Part shown: piece after piece, positions 39,201-51,799 of the stretch | How positions within the stretch are numbered: the first letter of the stretch is position 1 | Layout of the letters: every line of letters starts with the position of its first letter | From: Raillietiella orientalis | Taxonomy: Eukaryota | Assembly (NCBI GenBank): GCA_036172245.1 | Contig: JAYWIR010000005.1 | Coordinates: forward strand, 4,650,001 to 4,714,000 | DNA length: 64,000 nucleotides | Direction of reading: 5' to 3' | Program-made: the position numbers and the translations under genes | Notes under the pieces: model-generated | Seen by the model: the letters and a program-made list of their open reading frames with translations, nothing else | Database searches by the model: none | Told to the model about the DNA's origin: nothing

Positions 39201-40876
39201 GCTTCTCTGAGCCGGAGGAGATCGAGGGAGTGGCAGCGGGACGAGGGGGAGCGCGCCCGACACCGCCTCCGCAGCCGCGGCCGCCCACGCGCTCGCGGCG
39301 CGGCGACCAGCAGTGGCTGAACTCAGGGTTGCCAAGAGGGCAGTGCGCGCCGGGAGCCGCATTCCCGGTTCGTCCATGTCCGGGAGGGGAGAGACGAAGA
39401 GGAGAAGGACCGGGGAGCTGCCCGGAGCGGGGCACGACCGTCGGGAGGTGTGGTCCTAAGGAAGAGAAAAGCAACCTCCGGGTCAGCGGCACGATTTCCT
39501 AGGTTTCCCCCCTCTCAGGGCACCTTCTCCCCTCCTTCCCTCCCCGGACACAAGTAGCTTCTCCTCCTTGTGAGGGTGACACCGGGCGGCTCACCTCGAG
39601 TCCCGCGAAGAGGGGCGACGGACCGCGCGCCCGGGTGGCAGAGGCAGCAGCCAGGGGCTCCTGCGCAGGGATGCCCACACCCGTTTCCACGAACTCCTGA
39701 GCGGAGCGCGGGGGGGAACAGCGCCATCGTCCGAGTTCCCCCCTCCCCTTTTCGCTCCCCCTGAAGAATCGCGAGGAGCGGTCGTTATGGAAAACGCATC
39801 GCCGTCTCGTGGGGGCTGCGGACTTCAGGAGAAAAGTCCGGCCCTCAACCCTTCTTTCCTCCTTCCAGTGCACGTGGACAGCGACCCCAGCTCCCGCCAC
39901 CTGTGGCTGTCGGTCAGCATCGACCCCGGTTCCCGGTCCCGAAGATTCTGGAACATCCAGGTTTCCCAGATGACGCAGTGGAACGCGGCACAAGGTAATC
40001 CGGGGGGGCGGGGAGGGGAAACCATTCCTTATTTTGAGAAGCGGGAAGGGAAACGGGGCGACGGGGAATCCTTTGCACGCCCTCTCCCGGGTGCGAAGGT
40101 CCTGCGCTACGCTGGTGGGCGGCCCTCGAAACGGGGCTTAGTCCCCGGGGATGCGCGTGCCCGTCCGTCCGGGATTTTCAGGACCCTGAGGGAGGAAGAA
40201 CGCGGGACCCTCCCCCTCCGCCTCGCCGGGGGGGAGAAAGCCTTCTTGCTCCTAATCCCCTCCCGGAGGCTTTCCCCTTCGATCCCGGCGTTCCCTAAAG
40301 CCGCGCCTCTCCTTTCCAGCTCCCGAGAGCTGCCTGCAGTACTTCACGGGGGTGACCGGGTCGCTGCGGAGCTTCAACTGGTCGCCTTCCCCCGGCGCGA
40401 GACAGTTGCTGAGCAGCCAGGACTACTCTTTCTGCGTCCGGGTGGAGCGGGGTTTCTGCTCCATCTGCCTGGAGCAGTGTGAGCCTGCTCCCGGGGGATG
40501 GAACCTGGACTCCGCCTCCCCCGACTCGGACAGCAGCGCCGCGGACGGCAGGTGCGCGGAGGACTTCCTCTCGATACCCTGTGGGGGCGCGCCCAGTCAG
40601 GACGCCCACCAGCCCTGCCTCGCGGACAGGTTCTGCGGGGGCAGCCTTCACCCCGTCGCCAACTCGACCGCCGCGGCTCCCGTCTGCAGTGAGCATCGCC
40701 CTCCCTGCCCCTTTCTCCCTCCCTTCCTCCTTACGCGGGGGAACGACCGCCCCCTCCCTCTCTTCCCTCTTCCAGCTCGCCAGAAGCCATTCATCTTCCG
40801 CCTGAGGACCAACGACCGAGTGACCAATCCCCTGGCGGCCGGATTCTGCGCCAACTACGTGCAGCATCCCTGCTGA
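27246..40876 (+). CDS. Secreted arthropod-type CUB-domain protein; exons found: 27246-27345, 30494-30640, 30700-30826, 39869-39994, 40320-40688, 40776-40876; one expected internal exon not located
   Basis: The signal-peptide exon MRLGDLLSTVLAAALLPCFPLFAAEASRRNARS splices in phase to LSALTLIRFENHLC...GTC...C...GSCALGIGVCC. It continues with CGDVVGFNNTYFVNP, RFWNIQVSQ, APESCLQYFTGVTGSLRSFNW, DYSFCVRVERGFC, DRFCG, KPF and GFCANYVQHPC*. Splice sites are GT-AG. Confidence 0.85.
27790..28300. repeat. Diverged inverted repeat (~130 bp arms, ~27790-27920 and ~28170-28300) in CUB intron 1
   Basis: gatgactccccgct...gcggaaggaactcc...ggatcctgggctggtgaggccagcgac on the left arm matches the reverse complement of gtcgctgacctcaccagcccaggatcc...ggagttccttccgc...gcgggagatcatc on the right arm. 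Confidence 0.8.
28400..29450 (-). mobile_element. Decayed Ty3/gypsy protease-RT fragment in CUB intron 1
   Basis: LVIQTLVDHAS (protease-like), SPHRSCRRHREGRNVDHPKML, AHTISAAFPLEEPKGLCLLLG and KAPSGIPQSGALRQ (RT N-terminal-like) occur in order. All are very degenerate. Confidence 0.4.
32400..37400 (-). mobile_element. Decayed Ty1/copia retrotransposon inside the large CUB intron region, antisense to the host gene
   Basis: Copia order on the minus strand: knuckle-like CVCCGKPDSRKDR (~36460-36500); protease-like WMVDLGC (~36285-36305); integrase-like RKVIVSDPRADFF (~35460-35500); RT-like ISQSVEYQEEVAP and GLDGERPLRLLSG (~33820-33970); RNaseH-like FSIRRG...QQRR...ETEY (~32850-32935). Confidence 0.55.
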
Positions 40877-42666
40877 GGACCTCGGGAAGGAGGAGCATCG
40901 AGATGCGAGGGGAGGGAGGGCATCGGAAGCGAAGGAGGAGAAGAGGGCACCGCCGCGCAGGACAAAAAAAAACAAAAACAAAAAACAAAACCAGGAGACG
41001 CGAGGCTGAGATCCGCCGTAGCCCGGGAGAGAGGGAGGAAGGACCGCGGTCCTGGAGAGAGGACGGAGGGAGGAGGCGGCCGGACGAGTAGTCTGACGAC
41101 GACCTTGGAGTGGCCGTCGCGCGCGGGACGGGTTGAAGAATACTCTGGACTCAGCCTCCGGAGCGTCTTCTTCTCGAAATACACCGTGAGAGCCGCTCCT
41201 TTCACGCGTGGTTTTGCCTCCGCGGCACCCGAAGGATCCGCCACAGCACCACGAAGCGCATCTCAGCTCCTTCGGGTGCCGGAAGTGCTCCGCGGGCGTT
41301 CGAATTTTCGGCGAGGAGGAAGCCGACCCTCTGAGAGAAGGAGTCTCGGACTGGAAGCTTTGCGAGGAAGACCTTCCTCTTCCGTTCCAGCCGACCCCGG
41401 CAAGACTGCTGGCAAAGAGCACTCACCCCTGAAGCGAAAGCGGCGCGCGCGCGCACCACCGTCGGAGGATGACCCCTCACCCCTTCGCGACGCCGCTCAC
41501 GCCCTCTCTGCTCCTGCTGCCCACTCCCTGAGCCCCGCGTCATCGTCCAGCTGCTCCCCCCCGCCGTCTCAGACCGTCTCAGACCGGCCGTGGAGAATGG
41601 CGACGAGTTGTTCCCTCGACCCTCGCCTGGAGGCGGGTCGAGGCATGCAAAAGGCAGGGTCTGCATTCCCTTCCCTCCGCCCTTTGCACCAGCGGTGGTT
41701 TCAAACCGCTCTCCCAACGGAGAGTGAGGGCTCCGAGGAGACGTGAAGACGTTCCTGTATCCATAGAGCTCCTCAGAGTTTTCCCATCGAAGGATTTCAG
41801 AGAGGGTTTTGTGGGACCCCAGATGCCGCTCCATCTCGCGGCAGATGTATGTCCTTCCCTCACGAGGCAGTCGCCTCCGCCGCCGCTGCAAACCTCACGT
41901 TCCAGGAGGGCGACGTCTTCTCGTTCAGGCCGTCTGATCGGGCATTTCCCTCTTCCGGATAGGCCGCTCTTCATGCTGAAAAGAGTTCCTCCGCGTCCCG
42001 AGGGACACCATCACTCCTTGAAGGCTGGACGCGCTCCCGACGAGCCTCTCCAGTCGGAGCTCTTCGTCAATGGTGCCGCGGCTGACGTGAGGGAGGCGCC
42101 TCCCTTCCGCCAGCTCGCTCCCATCTTTTGGAGGGCGCGTGCGATGCAGGAGCGTCTGCGGCGTGGCTGCATGGCCTTCCCTTCCACCTGACCTCGGGAA
42201 CTGCTCGGGCAGGACTTCTCAGCTCCGACTGCAGCTCGAGATCGTCCTCTCGTTGCCGCCGCAGGGAAGGCAGACGTTCCTTCCAGGATAAGCAAGCGGA
42301 AAGCAGGAGGCGAGCTAACGGGCGTGGCGAACGGGAGGGATGGAACCTTCGCAGGTGACCTACCGTGCAAGAGCGCCTCGCTCTGACAGAACGGAAAGCT
42401 CCACGAGGGTGGCTCTGATAGTAAGAGTGGCGCCAATACTCCCTGCTAGCTCCGCGAATACCCTAGCTGTAGGCGTTCGTTCCCGTTCGCAGTGTATGAG
42501 GAAGCAAAAGGAAAGTGGGAACTCAGGAGAGCGCAACACTGGAGGAAAACTGATAGACGGATGGAACCTCATCCCTTAGTATAGCCGAAATAAAGGGCAA
42601 AGGAGTGAAAGGGTTGAGGATTGAAAAGCCTTGTTCTAAAGTGCTGCTGTTTCTTTAGAACTTTCA

Positions 42667-42694
42667 GGATCGGCGAGCGCACGCTCGCCGATCC
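42667..42694. repeat. GC-rich perfect hairpin (13 bp stem, 2 nt loop)
   Basis: ggatcggcgagcg-ca-cgctcgccgatcc. Confidence 0.85.
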
Positions 42695-43215
42695 CTGAGT
42701 TGCTTGTCCAGTTAGGAAGAGACGACCAGGGTCGCAAAAGTTAGAAAAGAGGACGACTTCTCAGAAACTCAAAGACAAGAATTCAAATGGGAGGATATTC
42801 TGTGAGAGAGTAAGAAGCTGGGCTTCAAGGTATACCAGCGCAGAGATCAGGAGGATTCTCTTTAAGAGAATGGACCGTGAGAGAAGCCAGCAAACAATGA
42901 ACCAAGATGAGGCACCTTCGGGAGAAAGGGAAACGCATGAACGATAACTGCTGGGTGTGTGAGAGCGAGTGAGCCAATGGGCCTATTCTGTTATTGGGAA
43001 TACAGCTAGAAGACCTCTCAGGACGTCGAGGTTCCCCTTTGGTTACCTAAGCAAAACAGCAGGATATGCATCGATGTCCCGAAAACTCATGAGAGCGAGA
43101 CAGCAATTGGCAGTTGCCTTGGCCACCTTCCACCATTTCGAAAAAGCGTCCGTATCACTTCAGCAGTTGAGTATCGTGTTAATCCTGGATAAGCACCAAC
43201 CAAGATATATATCCA

Positions 43216-43540
43216 TTGGCGCAATCAGATGTTTTGGACGACCTCGTGAATTATGGTGACGAATTCCAATGCAGATGTAAAAGTTGCCAAAGGATGAGGA
43301 TTCCTAAACCTCCTCTGCAAGTGAAACAAACATGTAGCCTAAATGCAGGCCACATGATTCTGAGTTTGAAGCTATTCCGACACTTTCTCCGGTTGCTAGG
43401 CAGTGACATTCATGAACCTCAAGAGATACTCCAACTCCTAACCTCAGTTATAGATTTGTTCCTCAAGGTTAAAACACAGCATATTAAGGTCAATTTACAT
43501 ATCGAAGCTGGAGTGTTTCCTGCCAATAGCGGACCTTAAG
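43216..43540 (+). mobile_element. Possible LTR-retrotransposon integrase fragment
   Basis: CKSCQRMRIPKPPL resembles the end of the HHCC finger. It is followed by LLTSVIDLFLK, which resembles LVxVDxFSK. Confidence 0.35.
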
Positions 43541-45239
43541 ATACATTTCATTTTGGGAGCAGCCAGAATAATAGCTCACCAGATAATATGAATTCCGTGT
43601 TTACTTTGCTGATTTACCCCTTGCAGTGGTGCTCTTCTCGTTGACAATAACATAGCGTATTTGGAAAGAAGCTATTTGTCCGCTCTTGCACGGTGCCACA
43701 GCAGGTTTGATGCTCAGCATAACTGTTCTTGGAATTTGTAAGCTTTTCAGAAAGTAAACTAAACCATCTTCTGGCTTCTTTTATTTCTGATTGTTAATAC
43801 TGATCTTGAAATGAGCTGTGACTTTTACAATCTTAGTATCAATTTATTTCTTAAAAAGAAAGAAAGAAAGAAACCAGTTGCGTTTTGGAGTCGAATCTTT
43901 GCAAATCCTTTCTGATGCCAAAGACAAACTGCAGTTGCAGGATACTGAGTATTTCGCCATATCTTCTAAAAGTCCATTATAACTTTCTAAAATATAATAT
44001 AGTCTTTCAAACTAGAAGATTTCTGGAGACATGTAAGTAGAGTTCCTTTCACAAGCATGAACTTTGGAGGAATCATGAATTAAAAAAAAATGAAGAAAGA
44101 TTCGTTATCATCAATACAAAAAGAGAATCCTTGAACAAATTTCAGAGTATAGAGAAAATAAAAACACCTACTTGGACTATATACAACCACATACAACAAG
44201 AAGGACCATATACAACAATGGTAAATTCAGTAAAGGGTAAAGAAAGGGTGTAAAAGAGACAGAATTAGAAAATCACATACGATCCTATAGATATCATATG
44301 AATATTTGGAAAAATTAATTAATCAACTGATGACTTAAAAATTTATTCTGGCATTTAATTTAATGACTTATTTAATAAGAGACATATGCAAAGCATAATA
44401 AGCATAAAAATACTGAAAATATAGCATATTTCGCATTAGATTGTATTCAGTGATTTCATTTTTATTGCATTAAGGATACAACAAATCGATTAATACTATA
44501 TTTGGAGAATGATATTTTTCCAATAAACTGAATTGCTGATATGCGTACAGCTTGGATTCGAATGTATTTCTTCATTTTACAGAAAATCAGTCGTTTTTTT
44601 AACTGGTTGAGAATTTGGTATTCATGTATAAATAGAATTATGTTGTATAAAATGAATTGCTTCAACATACTATAAATAAGATTGTTCGGTGACGATCAAT
44701 AAATTCGTCAAAATTCCGTATCGCGAATTTATACCAATAGCAATAACTGGAGTCACAATTTTCAGCAACAGATAATAGCTAAAATTTAAATTGTGATTTT
44801 TAACCATCTGAAATTGAACATTATATTTCCTGAAGCCTTTATACTGAGGCAGGAAGAAAATAGTTTTAGAAATCTCCCTTTTTTCAAAAGTTGCTCTTCT
44901 GCTGAGGTTTTTAGTTTGAATAATTTTAATTTGACAAAATTCCCTCAAAGAGTACTTGGTTTTCAAACTTGGAAGCCCTGCGCCATTTGTTTTTATTTCC
45001 GATTGGTCGTGTGGTAGCTTTATGAGCGTTGAACTTTGTGGTGATTTGTATGTATGTGAATTTTTGAATATTTGAGCGTGAAAGTGTGGAAACTAGAATC
45101 GTGATTGTTTTTATATATTTTTTATGCAATCCTAAGACTGGGAGTAATACAAATCTAATTGTTCAGTAAATACTTTCATGCCTAAAATTAATTAAGCTTC
45201 TTCATTGAAGTGCATTTATAGAAATAAGGATTTAAAATT

Positions 45240-46051
<812 letters not shown>

Positions 46052-46090
46052 AGGCTGAAGCTAAATAAATGATTTATTAAAGTGGTTTTC

Positions 46091-46414
46091 CTATTGTACA
46101 GATTCATTGAAGTTCTTCTGTTCTACCTCATACTCTGCAGTACGTATCTGAGTACGCTTTAAAATAACAACAGGCTTTTGAATGAAATTAACGTAGATGA
46201 CAAAAGCAAGTATGGCAAGAAGTGCTCCTGTCAATATAGGTAGTAGTGGTGATCTTGCATCCAGGAGGTTGAATAACCGATCTATGATTGATGATTGAGC
46301 TTCAACTACAGGAGTACTTGCAGGTGTTCTATTTTGTACTTCTAAAGCAGGAGTAGTTGCAGCGTGTGCCCCTTGTTTTGTTTTTTTTGCATTGTTTTTG
46401 TTTGCATGGGACAT
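46091..46414 (-). CDS. Putative 107 aa single-pass membrane protein of unknown function
   Basis: An intact ATG ORF in AT-rich DNA with a hydrophobic stretch LLPILTGALLAILAFVIYVNFI. A splice-acceptor-like tttgttttcccag lies ~20 nt upstream, and a minus-strand AATAAA (46073-46078) lies just after the stop. Confidence 0.6.
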   Translation of the reverse strand: MSHANKNNAKKTKQGAHAATTPALEVQNRTPASTPVVEAQSSIIDRLFNLLDARSPLLPILTGALLAILAFVIYVNFIQKPVVILKRTQIRTAEYEVEQKNFNESVQ

Positions 46415-49400
46415 CCTTCAAAGAACTTGTTTTTGCTGGGAAAACAAAAAGAAATTCGATAAACAAGAGAGTTTAAGACTAAAAAAAAAATGAATGTGGA
46501 TTTTGTGAGGTAAAACAATGCCTGGTCTGATTCTGCCATTTTTGTGTTCCAATTTACAGTTTTAAAAAATGCCAAAATTAGTGATTAGTAGGGTTGTGCT
46601 AGCTTTTCTTTGGATGATTATTTGAAAAGATTCTTTGACACTGCATAGGAAAACGACACATGATTATGAAAGCTACATACTTTAGTGTGTAAGAAACTCC
46701 CGTATTTGAGTTTTTTTTTTTGTTTTAATGGAAGTGTGAGGGGAACAGTGTTTTTGCAGAGTTATGCGTGCACTAATGAAGTGCCAAATCAGTATTTGGT
46801 ATGTGTTAATGAGGAAAATAATGATGTGTTGGTTAAGTGGTTCAGCATTTAGAAACTGCTGTTTTGAAGCTTGTGATTCTGCTGAATGAATGAGTCATTT
46901 TGCTTAAGGAAACTGAAGTACTTGCCCCATCATGAACTTGCTGGATTAATATCATGTAGTTTAGTGAAATGTTTGTGGAGCTAAAAGAACAGCTTCATTT
47001 CATGCTGATGTATGCTTAATTAAGTATTTTTTGTATGTGTGATGTGTATTGTTAGGTGATGTATCGAAGGGTTATATTACATTCTGGATTGACATAGGTG
47101 CTGCAAGTTAGTGCAGTGTCTAAAGTTTATATAGAAAGTTCAAGTAAAAAAAAAAAAAAAAAGGTGTGAGGTTCGATATTTATCTGATTCTCTTGTTCGT
47201 AAGAAATTGAATTTGATCAGACGTGTATTTGTGTGCCTTCAGTAATTTGATGCACATTGGTGAGCTGCCAATTATATTACAAACTCCGCGATTCGAACAC
47301 GGCGGCTGGCGTTTGCATTTCGGCTTCGACTACATCTCGTTGTCGAGCTATTCCAAATTTGTGGGTGTAAAATACATTTGTTCCACGGAACGTATCGAAT
47401 CGTTCTAACGTAATTAGTGAATTATTTTGATCGTGAAGGTTTAGGCTCTATGACAGTACTTGGCAGCAAAGGAAATTACATGAAGCAGTGATCAATAAGT
47501 GAAATGCGAATCCATTTGAAGCACTAATTCCGAACTTCGGAAAATACTTATTCGTACTGCTCCACGTTTGTGAGAGGATGGAACTGCCCTCCTCTCCCCC
47601 CCTCCCCAATACGGTTAAAACTGGGGTTACCTATCATCGAAGTAGGTACACGGTAAGTAAGTAGCAGAAAATGTTCCGACAACCCAGATTTGATCGGACT
47701 GCCGTTTCCAGCTGGCCTGCCGTTATTTTCCAGTTGTTCCGAAGATCTACTGTGCCCACTATCGCGACAAAAGCAGCAATTTTGCAAAAACAAGTTGGAA
47801 TACCTGGTACTCCTGACAGTGTAGAAGATCCGAGAGGCAACGGTGTTTTTTTTTTTTTTCTTTTTTAAGAAAGTTTGCTTCCCGCTGCGCAGGGGTTCTC
47901 TTCGTGCGTGTTAATCAAAGAAATTTTTACGGTCTCGAAATCCGATGGGGAAAGCACCATTGCGGATTTTGGGGTGTCGAGCGTGGAATCCGGCGGCGTG
48001 TGCGCGGCTGCATCGAATAAACGACGTGCGGGACGGCCCACCGTGGATGCGGCTGCGCGCACGCGTTGTCTTGGATACCCGCACGGCTGCCGTGCCACCG
48101 GAAGATCCCCGTTCCGCGGGGTGGGGGAGAGGGTGCTCTTGCAGAATAAAACAAGTCCGGTTTGCACGGCTTTTTTCTTTTTTTTTTTTGGCTCTACAGT
48201 AACGGGTTGTGTATCCTATTGTCACTGAGGTGTACCCGGATGTTCCGGAAACGGTTTCGTCATCGGTCACTGACATCCATCACATATTACTATCGGGAAG
48301 ACGATGATTACACGTGCTCGCTCCAGCTCGAACCCTATAATTCGCAAATATTCCATGGCAGAAGCATCGCGAGGGACTTTTGCACAACGGCGGCAAGCAA
48401 ATGTTACGTTGTTAAGATACCTACTCCAAGGATTGTTATTCTAAAGGATCTCCAAGAAATTTAATATCTGGCACAAGATACGATTATTACATTGATAATC
48501 CTGCAATTTGACGATTTCACATCCTCTTGCAAGAAGGGAGGGGAGGGGGAGGGGGAAGAAGAAGAAGAAGAAGAAGGAAAAAAAAATGTGTTCTCAAGCG
48601 GCGGCACTCAATGGGGGCCGATTGTTGCAACCATCGCGTGCTGCCGCTTTGCAAAAAATTTGCTAAATTAGAAAACTGGGGGAGGGGGCGGGGGGGAGGG
48701 GCTCGCGGAACGCGAGGCAGCTCGTCTAATGAAAGGCATGCTGCTGCTGCCCTCCCATGCGCGTGCTCTCTCTCCAGGAATTTCGTCTTCCGTAGAGTCC
48801 ACGGGAACGCGAGCAGATGGAACAGCCGCACGTCTTTGAGGGGGATCCGTGGCTTGCGGCTCAGTGTCAAAGATTTTTATTTATTTTTTCTTTACTCTTT
48901 CACGACGACCCCCTTCCATGGGTGCAGGCAGCGTCAACATGCAGAATGAATGAATCATTGTATCATGTTGTCTGAATCATAGAAGGAAATCATGAATCCC
49001 CCCCCCTCCCTTTTTTTTTTAAAGAAAAAAAAAATCTAGTGTTTTTTTTTTTTCCTCTTCTTTCTTCTGGAATTCGAGTTCATTGGAACTTATAGAAAAA
49101 ATTCCATTTCGCGTTTCCTTTCCTATTTCGGCACAGCGAGCAAGGCATTAATTTGGCCCCCCACAGTTGGTAGTTAGCATCTTCTAGCAGTTTGTACGCA
49201 ATGTCTTTGCATCCTTTTTTGTGCATGGCACCCCCCACTTCGTGTCCAAGCGGACACACGGGCACGCACAAGCCACTTTGGGCGGATGGACTCCGAAAGC
49301 CCCACCCTCGCTCGATTTAGGAGTTGCAACATCCATGAATAAAATGGACTGTGATTCATTCATTGGCGTTGATGAAAGTAGGGCCGCGGGGGTAGCTGGA

Positions 49401-51799
49401 TCTTTCGTTTCTCCATGCTACCAAGTTTGCGTTTACTTGAAGCGCACAAATGTCCCCTTCAATAAATTCCTTAGATTTCATTCCCCCCCCCCATTAACGA
49501 GCCTGCATTTATACCCAATTGAGTCATCATTAAGCAGTCTATCATTTTCCAGATAATCAAATCTATCATTCTGTTTTCTTTTGTTTTTTCTTGGGGGGGA
49601 ATGAAAAAAAAAAAAAAAAAAAAAGGAATTGGCTGCTGAATCACAGATCAGTCATTTTCTCGAGGCATGTAGGTTCTGTATCGAAAAAAAAAAAAAAAAA
49701 AAAAGGAAACATTCCTGAATAATGTATGGCATTCATTTCACGATCAAGCCTTTTCTTCGGTCGCGGACGTCCTCGTGCCAAACGGCCGCTGGAGTGTCCT
49801 TTTAAAGCTGATACGTTTTTGTTTCAATGACAGGGCAATGCATTTACGACGCAGAAATCTGCTCGGCTCACTTTTCCCCTTTTATCTCGAATGGGAACTT
49901 CCTCCTTCCCCCACCAGGACAAGACGCGGCTTGAAGGATTGCCTCTGTAGTTCCTCGCACGTTTCGGATTTCGGTAGTCTTCGAGGTGTCGTCGTTGCTT
50001 CTTGACAGCATGCAATCCCTCTTTCCGAAAATTGCCTTCTGAGCCTTTTTCTGCGTACCCGAAGGCCCGAAGGAAAAAAAAAAAAAAAAAAAGGAGGAAA
50101 GAAAAGAAAAGGAAAAATCGAATCCCAATACACCAAACGGAAATGCCCGAAAGGTGCACGGGAATGAAAGACATGCAATCGATACAGTGGCAGTGCTTTC
50201 CTGCTTTCCACGCCATCGTGCGGGTGTTTTGAAACATGCAGAATGCAATGCTTTGCGTATCCAATGCTGCAATCTTTTCGGCAACACTGTATGGTCTGAT
50301 GCTGTGGTCTCTCTCATCTTTCCGGATCTTGATGCTTCTGCGATCAAAGGGAACGCGCAGCCGATTCTGCCACCGGCCGTGATGCTGTTAGCTACTCACC
50401 TTTGATTACGATCTTCAAGGAAAGTCCTTTCGGTGATTCCCTTGCACCTTGCCAACGAGATCCTCCTCATCAGGCTTCTCAGTTGAGTGAACGAAAAGCC
50501 GATATTTTTGGATGTGCAATGAATCTTTGCTCCGCTCGAACTCCATCCGTCCACAGCAGTGGGGAGTTTTCCTTTTCCGCTGGGATAGCGCACTGTTTAT
50601 TGAATCAAACTCTTGCATTCAACGATTGCTCAATTTAATTCAATGGCCACAGCGTTCGTGGATGCCGCTTCCCCGAATAATCAAAGAGCTGCAAAGTTTC
50701 CCGTGAGTTGAGAGTTTTTTGTGGATGAAATCAGGATTATCCAAATAAAATATATATATATATAAGGACCTCGTTCGTGCATCCGCAGAATCTCAACAGA
50801 ATTTTGACAATTTTCTCTAACAGGTTGCACCTTACACTGTATACTGCTATATACAGACGCATAAATTGGCTTCGCATGCTCTTATACGGGTGGTTCCTCT
50901 TTTACGTCTTCTGGTGTGAGCTCTCGTTCTCAGGAATAAATATAGAAAGAAAACCTGGAATAATCGAGACTTTAGCAAAACTCTGGCGACTACCAAGATC
51001 CTGCATCCTTAATCACTCCTTTGAAATGAGTTTAATGGACTTCGAATGATCGTTGAAATTTCGTTTGGGGAAAACCAGTTGGCAATCCTGAAACGCGGTA
51101 TAACCCCGTGGTGGCCGAGAAAATGTTCAAGACCAGCACTTCATCAAGTGACGAGTGAGATCAGTGGGATAGAACGTGTTAGGGAGATCTGAAAGAGTTT
51201 TCAATCTTTTCTCTGACCTTCCTGGTTGGACGTATCCCACTGACTCAATTAGAAAGCAACGAAGAGGAACGATCCGGAGAAGAACAACCGAGGGAGTCGA
51301 TTAGAAACTCCAATTCCTCGCCGTGAACTTGGTGAACTGGCTTGAAGCTCCAGAGCCTCCCCCACGGGGAGGGGTTTTCAGAAGAACGGGATTCTAGGGG
51401 ACTCATCCCTGTGTGATGAATCGATGGGAGAAAAAAGACCTCGACATTTCGTTGGTAGTCTGGTTCCGACAATGGCTATATGTTTCTACACACGGGATGT
51501 ACCTTTTTTTTCTTCTTCTTTCGACCGCAGATCTGCGCGATCGACATTAAGAGCGTTGCTAAGAGCAACGAGGACGTTGAGGAATGCGCTGCTTCGTAGC
51601 ATCTGCACCATCTCCATTTCAAGGCAGCAAAGGAGCGGTCGTGCCTCCTCTTCTTCCTCCGCCAAGCTCGCCGTCCCTGCCGCAGCACCGGGGTGCACCT
51701 ACGGAACACCCATCTCCGGTATTGGCGCTGACGGAAGGCAGAAGCGGAACAGAAACCAAGCGAAAGGGTGAGGGAGGGAGGAATTTTGTCCTAGGCGGT

